Positions 52,824-60,412 of a stretch of DNA of 64,000 bases are shown one piece after another. This DNA is from Deltaproteobacteria bacterium (lineage in GTDB: Bacteria; Myxococcota; Kuafuiibacteriia; Kuafuiibacteriales; Kuafuiibacteriaceae). The notes beneath the pieces were generated by a model. It ran no database searches, had not been told where the DNA came from, and was given only the letters and a program-made list of their open reading frames with translations. The stretch covers positions 192,001-256,000 of the forward strand of contig JAVJQW010000050.1 in NCBI GenBank assembly GCA_040218735.1, written 5' to 3'. A program made the position numbers and the translations under genes. Position 1 is the stretch's first letter. Every line of letters begins with the position of its first letter.

Positions 52824-54740
52824 ATGTGGATCGTGCGACAAACCGCGCTTTCGTCCGTTTGGGTGCTCCTCCCCCTCCTCTTCGCCTGCGACGGTGACAA
52901 TCTCGTCGGCGTCGAAGATCGTGACGGTGGCCCCGGCCCCTGCATGACCGACGAGGACTGCCCGGACCGCTTCGCCTGTAACGCCCCCCTGCGGCTCTGC
53001 TACGCGCTCGACGAGTGCGGCCCCGACATGCCCTGCCCCGAGCCCGAGGTCTGCGTCGAGGCCGACAACGGGTACCGTCGATGCCGCTTCGAGCGCTGCG
53101 AAGACGCGAGCGACTGCACCGAGCTGAGCTGCGGCTCGGACCTCATCCCGACTTGCACCGCGGGCAGCTGCATCTGCGGCGAGCCCTGCAACGGCGGCTG
53201 CCCGCCGGGCCGCGGCTGCTGCATCCCGACCGAGATGTGCCTGGACCTGCCTCCGGAATGTATGGGGCTCGAGTGCCCGCCGGGCCAGTTCGTCTCGGTG
53301 ACGTCGAGCGGGGCCTGGAGCCGCCGCGAGTGTGAAGTGACCGGCGAGACGTGCGCGTGTGAAGTGCTGCCGCCGCTGCCGATCGGCGACATCGGCCTGT
53401 ACAGCGCGCTCGCGGCCGACGCGACCGGCGCGGTGATGAGCGCCTACAACCTGGACTACGGCGACCTGATGTTCGGGTTCGTGCAGCCGGACGGCTCGGT
53501 CGATTGGTCGTTCGTCGACGGCGTGCCGACCACCACCACTTCGATCACCGGCGACGTCGAGGGCCCGCGCGGTGGCAACAGCGATCCGGGGCTCGACGTC
53601 GGGCTGTACACGGACATCGCGACGGACAACGTCGGTCAGCCGCATATCGTCTACCAGGAGCGTGAGCGCGGCGCGCTGCGCTACGCGCGGCGTTCGAACG
53701 CGGGGTGGACGATCCACACCGTGGACGGCGACGGGATCGGCTCCACGGGTCTGTACTCCAGCATCGCGTTCGACATGGGCGGCGTGCCCCACGTCGCGTA
53801 CCTCGCGGCGCGCGAAGAGCGCGCGAACCAGCGCAGCTCGTCGCTGCGCATCGCGTGGGCGAACGGAGCGGAGCCGTCGGCGCGCGGGGACTGGAGCTTC
53901 CGCGACGTCGACACCTACGACCTGTCCGGCGAGAGCTGCACCCACCGGTGCAACATCGACGAGGTGTGCCTGGCGTCGACGGACACGTGCGTCGTGCCGG
54001 ATCCGCGCAACGCCTGTAGCCCGACGTGTGGCTCCGGCGAGGCGTGTGTCTCGGGGGCGTGCGCGGCGATCCGCTCGGGGCCCGCGTTCTACGATCTGCC
54101 GCTCGCGCGCGGCCTGTGGCCGTCGTTGGCGGTGCTCGGGGACGGCACGGTCCTCATCGCGTACCACGACCGTGTGGAGCAGAACCTGAAGATCGCGCGG
54201 ATCACGGGCGACCTGAGGAACGCGCCGATCGAGATCGTCACGCTCGACGGCGCGGGCGCTCCGAACGGGTCGACCGACGAGACCGGGCTGTTCCCGTCGC
54301 TGTACGCGACGCCCGGCGGCGAGCTGCACCTGACCTATCTCAACGCGACTCGGCAGGCGCTCGGCTATCTGCTCCTCGACGCGAACCTCGACGCCGTGGT
54401 GCGCGAGGAGGTGGAGTCAGGGCTCGGCATGGGCGGAGGCCCGGACGGCGCGCTTATCGGCGCGGACTCGGCGCTGGTCGTCGACGCGTCGGGGGTCGCG
54501 CGCGTGGCGTACCAGGACGCGACACTCGGCGACCTCAAGTACGCGCGGCGTCAGGGCCCGAACAACTGGGTCGTGATCACCCTGGCCGGCGACGAGGACC
54601 CGTACCGCGGTAGCTTCGGCTTCTACACGGATCAGGTCCTGGATTCTGGGCGCTTGAACCCGCAGGTTTCGACGTACCGGTACTTCCTGAGCGCGCCCGG
54701 CGGCCCGATGAACGGCGTCGATCTCTTCTCGCCGCCCTGA
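52824..54740 (+). CDS. Cys-rich lipoprotein with a probable 7-bladed beta-propeller
   Basis: Lipobox LLFAC; Cys-rich N-terminal domain; blade-like repeats DIGLYSAL, DVGLYTDI, STGLYSSI, ARGLWPSL, ETGLFPSL, LIGADSAL, SFGFYTDQ. Confidence 0.85.
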   Translation: MWIVRQTALSSVWVLLPLLFACDGDNLVGVEDRDGGPGPCMTDEDCPDRFACNAPLRLCYALDECGPDMPCPEPEVCVEADNGYRRCRFERCEDASDCTELSCGSDLIPTCTAGSCICGEPCNGGCPPGRGCCIPTEMCLDLPPECMGLECPPGQFVSVTSSGAWSRRECEVTGETCACEVLPPLPIGDIGLYSALAADATGAVMSAYNLDYGDLMFGFVQPDGSVDWSFVDGVPTTTTSITGDVEGPRGGNSDPGLDVGLYTDIATDNVGQPHIVYQERERGALRYARRSNAGWTIHTVDGDGIGSTGLYSSIAFDMGGVPHVAYLAAREERANQRSSSLRIAWANGAEPSARGDWSFRDVDTYDLSGESCTHRCNIDEVCLASTDTCVVPDPRNACSPTCGSGEACVSGACAAIRSGPAFYDLPLARGLWPSLAVLGDGTVLIAYHDRVEQNLKIARITGDLRNAPIEIVTLDGAGAPNGSTDETGLFPSLYATPGGELHLTYLNATRQALGYLLLDANLDAVVREEVESGLGMGGGPDGALIGADSALVVDASGVARVAYQDATLGDLKYARRQGPNNWVVITLAGDEDPYRGSFGFYTDQVLDSGRLNPQVSTYRYFLSAPGGPMNGVDLFSPP

Positions 54741-54746
54741 GGTTTT

Positions 54747-54780
54747 GTGATGTCCACCACCTGACGGATGTGGACATCGC
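54747..54780. terminator. Inverted repeat downstream of the propeller lipoprotein gene
   Basis: GTGATGTCCAC-N12-GTGGACATCGC. Confidence 0.45.
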
Positions 54781-54808
54781 CGACCAATCCTGTATTGAAC
54801 GCAATCGA

Positions 54809-55282
54809 ATGGTCCTCTCTTGCTTGGTCGAGCCGCTGGTGGCGCCCCTCGTGGGCGCGCAGCGTAGTCGCATCAAGCGGAGCCGCCTCGCTGCCACGGC
54901 CCTCGCCTGCAGCGCGCTGATGGCGGCGGTGTGCCCGAGCCAGGCGAGCGAGCTCGCCAACGGGAGCAACGGCGGCACCGAGAAGACCGTCGTCCGCAAC
55001 GCCCACGCGAAGCCGGCGCCGATCCCGTTGCGGGTCGTGGTCGAGCAGTACGCGGTGCGACGAGACGAGCACCTCGAAATCGCTGCGCCCGGTGAGGCGG
55101 CGTCGTTCGAGCAGGAGGCGGTGTTCGGCCATCGGCTGAGACACCAACGCTTACTCGATCCCAACGCCGGACCACCGATGTCGCGCGCGCGTTCTCAGCA
55201 CCGACGTACGAGGTCGGTGGCTGCTTCCTTCCGTCTGTTCGGCTCCGGCCAATTACGCGCCGGTGCACCCGCACTGATCTGA
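54809..55282 (+). CDS. Hypothetical protein or upstream ORF of aglRQS
   Basis: Basic plus hydrophobic signal-like segment (RIKRSRLAATALACSALMAAVCPSQA); GC-rich third positions in the central part. Confidence 0.5.
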   Translation: MVLSCLVEPLVAPLVGAQRSRIKRSRLAATALACSALMAAVCPSQASELANGSNGGTEKTVVRNAHAKPAPIPLRVVVEQYAVRRDEHLEIAAPGEAASFEQEAVFGHRLRHQRLLDPNAGPPMSRARSQHRRTRSVAASFRLFGSGQLRAGAPALI

Positions 55283-55390
55283 TCTTCCGCGGAACTTTTT
55301 CGCGGAACCTCTCGACACCCTCGGCTGTCTGCTAGGCACCCGAGGTTTCGATTCAAGCCCTCGTGGGGGCGACCTCAAAGGAGTCAAAGA

Positions 55391-56056
55391 ATGTTCGAAG
55401 AAATCGCACACCGGTACCAAGAGGGCGGCTGGGGTATGTACCCGATTACGCTCTGCTCGATCTTCATCTTCGCGATCGCGATCGAGCGCATCCAGTACCT
55501 GTACTTCAAGGCTTCCATCTCGAAGGACGCCTTCGTGCAGGCCATGCGTAAGTACATCCTCGCGGGCAACGTCGGTAAGGCGCTCGCCCTCTGCAGCCAG
55601 ACGCCGACGCCGCTGTCGAACATCATCAAGAGCGGCCTGGTGAAGGTGAACAAGTCGGACGCCGAGGTTCAGGCGGCCATGGACGAGGCCTCGCTCCGCG
55701 AGACGCCCCGCCTCGAGAAGCGCACGGCGTACCTCGCGATGCTCGCGAACGTCGCGATGCTCGCCGGTCTCCTCGGGACCATCGCGGGTCTCATCAAGTG
55801 CTTCGGCGCGGTCGCGACCGCCGACCCGTCCGAGAAGGCGACCCTGCTCGCCGCCGGTATCGCAGAGGCGATGAACTGCACCGCGTTCGGTCTGCTGACC
55901 GCCATCCCGGGGCTGCTCTTCTTCTCGATCCTCCAGGGCAAGACGCAGCAGCTGATGGACGACATCAACGAGGCGTCGGTGTCCGTGCTGAACCTGATCG
56001 TCACCAACCGCGACAAGCTCGACCTCTCGACGCTCGGCGCGGCGCGCGACGACTAA
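55391..56056 (+). CDS. aglR: Gliding motor subunit AglR (MotA/TolQ family)
   Basis: GWGMYPI, EVQAAMDEASLRETPRLE.RT.YLAML.N.AMLAGLLGT, EAMNCTAFGL, VLNLIV.NRDK, as I recall M. xanthus AglR; AAGGAG RBS. Confidence 0.88.
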   Translation: MFEEIAHRYQEGGWGMYPITLCSIFIFAIAIERIQYLYFKASISKDAFVQAMRKYILAGNVGKALALCSQTPTPLSNIIKSGLVKVNKSDAEVQAAMDEASLRETPRLEKRTAYLAMLANVAMLAGLLGTIAGLIKCFGAVATADPSEKATLLAAGIAEAMNCTAFGLLTAIPGLLFFSILQGKTQQLMDDINEASVSVLNLIVTNRDKLDLSTLGAARDD

Positions 56057-56116
56057 TTCTTAGACCCGAGATGCCTTCGCGGGCGTTAGGCCGCGCGAAG
56101 GGGAAAGGAGACGAAA

Positions 56117-56596
56117 ATGGCTGGTGGTGGAGCCCCACAACCATCTGACTCAGGTGGAAAAAAGTCGGTCGACTTTCAGCTCAACCTCGTGCCGTTCATC
56201 GACCTTCTCTCGGTGTTGATCTCGTTTCTGTTGATGACCGCGGTCTGGACTCAGATCGCGAAGATCGACGTGAAGCAGACGCCGAACCTGCCGTCGGACG
56301 AGCCGACCCCTCCCCCCGAGGAGGAGAAGCTCTCCCTGACGGTGCTGATCAAGTCCTCCGGGTACACGGTCAGCAAGAAGGGTGCGGTCGTCAAAGAGAT
56401 CGAGAAGAAGGGTGACGAGTACGATCAGACCACGCTCGCGGAGGTGCTCAAGCAAGTCGTTGCCGAGCATCCCGAGAACCACGACGTGACGGTGACGAGT
56501 GAGGACCGCGTGCCTTACCAGGAGCTGATCACGGTGATGGACACGTGTCTGATGCACAAACTGGACGGCATCTCTGTCGCCGGTGTGGACACCTAG
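56117..56596 (+). CDS. aglQ: Gliding motor subunit AglQ (ExbD/TolR family)
   Basis: MAGG...GGKK..D..LNLVPFIDLLSVLISFLLMTAVWTQI. Confidence 0.85.
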   Translation: MAGGGAPQPSDSGGKKSVDFQLNLVPFIDLLSVLISFLLMTAVWTQIAKIDVKQTPNLPSDEPTPPPEEEKLSLTVLIKSSGYTVSKKGAVVKEIEKKGDEYDQTTLAEVLKQVVAEHPENHDVTVTSEDRVPYQELITVMDTCLMHKLDGISVAGVDT

Positions 56597-56605
56597 GAGG
56601 GCCCG

Positions 56606-57178
56606 ATGCCGATCAAGAAACCAGGCAAGAAGCCCTTCGCGCCGTGGCTGAAGAAGCACCGTGCGCTCACGGGTGGCAAAGGCAAGAAGCAGGGGGTGGC
56701 AGATCTCCTGCTCACGCCGCTCATCGACATGTTCGTGATTCTGGTCGTGTTCCTGATCATGAACTTCTCGGCGAGTGGTGAGCTGATCACCATCTCGAAG
56801 GACATCCAGCTGCCGAAGGCGACTTCGACGGCGGAGCTCGACCGGGCGCCGATCATCCAGATCTCCGCGAACACGATCGCGATCGAGGGGATCAAGGTGG
56901 GCGACTCGGAAGAGATCCTCAAGGATCCGGACCTGCGCATTCCGTCGCTGACGGACAAGCTCCAGGAGATGCGCAAGGTCGACGAGATGATGCACCCCGG
57001 TCAGCCCTTCAAGGGGCAGATCATCGTCAACTGCGACAAGGACATCGACTTCAAGCTCGTGCGGAAGGTGATGTTCGCCGCGGCGGACGCCGGGTACTCC
57101 AACTTCAACTACGCCGTGCTCGTCATCGGGGCCGGCGGGGAAGAAGGCGGAGAAGGCGGGGGCGCCAGCGAAGGCTGA
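56606..57178 (+). CDS. aglS: Gliding motor subunit AglS (ExbD/TolR family)
   Basis: ADLLLTPLIDMFVILVVFLIMNFSASGE, DIQLP.A, DKDIDFKLVRKVMF. Confidence 0.85.
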   Translation: MPIKKPGKKPFAPWLKKHRALTGGKGKKQGVADLLLTPLIDMFVILVVFLIMNFSASGELITISKDIQLPKATSTAELDRAPIIQISANTIAIEGIKVGDSEEILKDPDLRIPSLTDKLQEMRKVDEMMHPGQPFKGQIIVNCDKDIDFKLVRKVMFAAADAGYSNFNYAVLVIGAGGEEGGEGGGASEG

Positions 57179-57210
57179 CGTCTCGAGCCTCACCGGCTGA
57201 GCTACTTCGA

Positions 57211-57260
57211 GCGGCCGCCTCGTCCCGAGTCGAATCGGGACGGCGCGGCCGCTTTGTTCT
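57211..57260 (+). terminator. Intrinsic terminator after aglS
   Basis: GCGGCCGC..CGTCCCGA-loop-TCGGGACG..GCGGCCGC followed by TTTGTTCT. Confidence 0.65.
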
Positions 57261-57279
57261 ACACTGACCCCGAGCGCCC

Positions 57280-59157
57280 ATGGCTGGCCCAACCCCGACC
57301 CTCGAGCCCGGCGAACGGCTCGGGCGTTATCAGCTGCTGCAACCCCTCGGTGAAGGGGGCATGGCCAAGGTCTTCATCGCGCTCAAGGACAACGCCCACG
57401 AGGTCTGCGTCCTCAAGCAGCTCCACCTCCAGCTCGAGGGTCAAAACGAAGCCGTCGTGCGCTTCACGCGCGAGGCGCACATCGCTTCGCTCCTGAGGCA
57501 CCCCAACATCGCGACCATCTCGGACGCCGGTATCGAGGGCGAGAAATTCTGCATCGCGATGGAGTACATCGCGGGCGAGACCGTCGAGGCGATGGTCCGC
57601 GCCGCGCGCAAACAGGGCGGCGTGCTCCCGTTCGAAGTCACCGTACCGATCATCCTCGCGGCGCTCGACGGCCTGCACTACGCCCACGAGCTCGCCAGCC
57701 CCGACGGCAAGGCGCTCAAGCTCGTCCACCGCGACCTGTCGCCGCGAAACGTCATGCTCAGCTACGCCGGGGAGACCAAGCTGATCGACTTCGGCATCGC
57801 GAAGGGCGAGGTCGACGAGTACAAGACCGCGATCGGCAGCCTCATGGGGACGCCGTATTACATGTCGCCCGAGCAGGCGCGCGCGGTGGCGGTCGATCGA
57901 CGGAGCGACGTCTACACGCTCGGCGCCGTGCTGTTCGAGATGCTGTCGGGGCGGCGCCTCGTCCAGGCCAAGGGCCGCGCGAAGATCTTGATGACGGTCG
58001 CGCGCGAAAAGGCGCCACCGGTCACCAAGCTGAACCCAGCGGTGCCGCCCGAGCTCGAGGCGGTGCTGTTCAAGGCGCTGGAGAAGAACCCGGACGACCG
58101 CTACCCGACCGCCAGGGCGTTCGCGGACGCGTTGAAGGAGGCGGTCGGTCACCTGACGCAGACCCCCGAGGCGCAGCTCGGCATGTTCATTCAGGAGCTG
58201 TTCCCGCAGGGGAAGGCGAAGGCGCAGGAGATCGTCGCGCTCGGGCACCGCGCGAACGTCGGGCCGCCGGTCGAGGCGACGCGTGTCGCGACCACCGACG
58301 AAGACGGCGAGCTGGTCATGCCTTCGGCGCTCTCGCCGGGCGGCACGAGTGAACGCACCCGCACCGGGTTCGTGGATGCGACGGCGATGACGCCGCAGGA
58401 CGTCGGGCTCCCCACGCGCACCGGCTACGTGGCCGCGCCCCAGAGCACGCCGGACGCAATGCCGATGCCCCTCGCGGAGCCGACGGCTGCGCCCGTCTTC
58501 GATCCGGCCTCGACGCACCCGTCCGCCCACTACCCGTCCCAGACTTACGCGGACAGCCACGACGCGCTGGTTTCGCGGTCGTCGATGACCCACGCGACGC
58601 GCACGAGCCCGGTGCAGAAGATCGGCGTGGGCTTCACGCTGCTGCTGTTGTGCATCGTGGGGTACGTCGCCTACGGGCACCTCACCGCGCCGGTGGGGAT
58701 CAGCGCCGCGCCGCCCACGTCGACGCCGCCGCCCGTCGGCGTCGCGACGGCGAAGCCCACGCCTACGGCCGCACCCAACCCGGTGCTGGTCGAGTCCGAA
58801 CCGCCGCCGCCCGTGCGTCGCGCGCCGCCGCCGCCCCCACCGCCGCGACGGACGAAGGCGCCGCCACCCGCAAAGCGGGTGAAGACCGCCCCGACGAAGA
58901 CGGCGCCTCCACCTCCCCCGCCGCCGCGCGCCAAGGAGCCGAGCGGCCTCGAAGGCGCGCTCGCATCCCTGAAGCGCTCACGCGCGAAGAGCGACGCGGT
59001 CGCGCTGAACCGCCGCGTCCAGCGCGCGGTGGATCGGCTCCCCGAGGGGCGCGAGAAGGACGCGGCGCAACGCGAGCTGGACCGCTTCGCGATGACCAAC
59101 GAAATCAACGCGATGATCGACGCGCTCTCCGGCGCAATCTCGGTACTTCGCCGTTAG
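57280..59157 (+). CDS. Membrane Ser/Thr protein kinase with Pro-rich extracytoplasmic region
   Basis: LGEGGMAKV, CVLK, HRDLSPRN, DFG, GTPYYMSPE, TM helix, poly-Pro stalk. Confidence 0.93.
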   Translation: MAGPTPTLEPGERLGRYQLLQPLGEGGMAKVFIALKDNAHEVCVLKQLHLQLEGQNEAVVRFTREAHIASLLRHPNIATISDAGIEGEKFCIAMEYIAGETVEAMVRAARKQGGVLPFEVTVPIILAALDGLHYAHELASPDGKALKLVHRDLSPRNVMLSYAGETKLIDFGIAKGEVDEYKTAIGSLMGTPYYMSPEQARAVAVDRRSDVYTLGAVLFEMLSGRRLVQAKGRAKILMTVAREKAPPVTKLNPAVPPELEAVLFKALEKNPDDRYPTARAFADALKEAVGHLTQTPEAQLGMFIQELFPQGKAKAQEIVALGHRANVGPPVEATRVATTDEDGELVMPSALSPGGTSERTRTGFVDATAMTPQDVGLPTRTGYVAAPQSTPDAMPMPLAEPTAAPVFDPASTHPSAHYPSQTYADSHDALVSRSSMTHATRTSPVQKIGVGFTLLLLCIVGYVAYGHLTAPVGISAAPPTSTPPPVGVATAKPTPTAAPNPVLVESEPPPPVRRAPPPPPPPRRTKAPPPAKRVKTAPTKTAPPPPPPPRAKEPSGLEGALASLKRSRAKSDAVALNRRVQRAVDRLPEGREKDAAQRELDRFAMTNEINAMIDALSGAISVLRR

Positions 59158-59288
59158 CGGCCGGCAAGCCGGACCTGCGGCGACTACGCGCGCCGGGGCG
59201 CGCTGCGCGCTACGGGCTGACGCCCTTCGCTTGCCCCACTACGCCGTTAATGGCCGGCAAGCCCCACTGCGCCGTTGACGGCCCAGAC
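59149..59288. repeat. Three copies of a short near-palindromic REP-like unit
   Basis: CGCCGTTRRYGGCC(GGCAAGCC) at 59149, 59242 and 59270; the last two form a 28-bp tandem. Confidence 0.6.
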
Positions 59289-59292
59289 GAGG

Positions 59293-59499
59293 TCAGCCGG
59301 AGGCGGGGGCCGTGCGCTCCTCGGCCCAGGCGCTCTTGTGGTTGGCCATCGCGAGGTGAGCGTCCCAGCAGTCGACCGTGCAGAAGACCAACGCGGTGCG
59401 CTTGCGGTTGCACGTGGAGACGCTGCAGACGTAGTGCGCTCCGCCGTGCTGAATCTCTTTCTTGCAGATGGCGCACTTCTTCCAGGTCGATGCCGTCAC
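59293..59499 (-). CDS. Small Cys/His zinc-finger protein (68 aa)
   Basis: WKKCAICKK..YVCSVSTC..VFCTVDCWDAH....H; GTG start at 59499. Confidence 0.8.
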   Translation of the reverse strand: MTASTWKKCAICKKEIQHGGAHYVCSVSTCNRKRTALVFCTVDCWDAHLAMANHKSAWAEERTAPASG

Positions 59500-59539
59500 G
59501 GACGCGACGGTACGAGGGCCGTGCGGAACGTTCAAGATG

Positions 59540-60388
59540 CTACGGGAGCGAAAGCGGCTCGTTGCAGCTGCCGTGGACCACGATCCGCCCCTCCGACGCC
59601 GGAGTGATGGGCGAGTTGGCCTCGATGTCCGCGCGGATCGACGCAACCCAGTCCATCTCGGCGTGGCCGATGAAGTAACGATCCGTGACCTCGCCGAGGG
59701 CGAGGAAGCCGTCACGGCCGTCCGCGAGGAAGCTGTTCAGGCCCACGGCGATCGACACGTCGGCGAGTAGGTCGATGTCGTTCTCGCGGTCGAAGATGAC
59801 CTCGCCGTGCAGCTCGATACGGCGGATGCGCGTGCCCGGCGTCTCGATGGCGTCACCTGTCGCGTTGATCACCTGGCGCTGCCCCGCGCAGTCGATCTCG
59901 TAGTGAAGCCCCGCCGAAGGGTGGAGGAGCCAGCCGCCGCCGAGGTTCGCGAGGTCGGCCGGGAGCGCCGAGGCGCTCCGCTCGAGGACCTCGAGGAGGA
60001 CGACGCCGTCGATCTGCATGACGACCTGGTCGTTCGAGAAGGGGAGCCACCCCGCGACATCGATGTCGGTCAGGTCACCCGCCGGATACACCTGCCCGCG
60101 CGCCGCGCCCGGCGTGAGGAACGTGAACGTCGTCTCGTCGACCGGACCGCCGCGAATGGCGCCGGCGTTCACGAGCGACACGTCGACCGGGTGACCGTGC
60201 GCCGCGAAGTCGGAGCCGAGGACGTCCGCGATGTAGTTACCGATCGCGGCCTCGCCGGCGTGGGTCGTCTCGACGCGTGTGTCGATGTCGACGCTCGTCT
60301 GACCGATGACCGTCCCTTCGACGACCGGCGCTTCGCCGCCGCTGCACGCGCCGAGCAAGAGAACCGAGATGGGTATGTATTTCTTCAT
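59540..60388 (-). CDS. Lipoprotein consisting only of a 5'-nucleotidase C-terminal (substrate-binding) domain
   Basis: Lipobox LLGAC; EAAIGNYIAD, NAGAIRG, LPFSN, NSFLADGRDGF, EGRI; no metallophosphatase motifs; GGAG RBS. Confidence 0.88.
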   Translation of the reverse strand: MKKYIPISVLLLGACSGGEAPVVEGTVIGQTSVDIDTRVETTHAGEAAIGNYIADVLGSDFAAHGHPVDVSLVNAGAIRGGPVDETTFTFLTPGAARGQVYPAGDLTDIDVAGWLPFSNDQVVMQIDGVVLLEVLERSASALPADLANLGGGWLLHPSAGLHYEIDCAGQRQVINATGDAIETPGTRIRRIELHGEVIFDRENDIDLLADVSIAVGLNSFLADGRDGFLALGEVTDRYFIGHAEMDWVASIRADIEANSPITPASEGRIVVHGSCNEPLSLP

Positions 60389-60412
60389 GGCTTGATCTCC
60401 TCTTTCTTCGCG

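Noticed and set aside
54632-55147. Minus-strand 171-aa ORF
   Set aside because: Overlaps the propeller gene by about 110 nt and is the shadow of the plus-strand ORF.
59149-59288. Possible mini CRISPR array
   Set aside because: Units are degenerate, irregularly spaced or directly tandem, with no unique spacers and no cas genes.
59210-59476. 88-aa minus-strand ORF
   Set aside because: Alternative frame of the zinc-finger gene.
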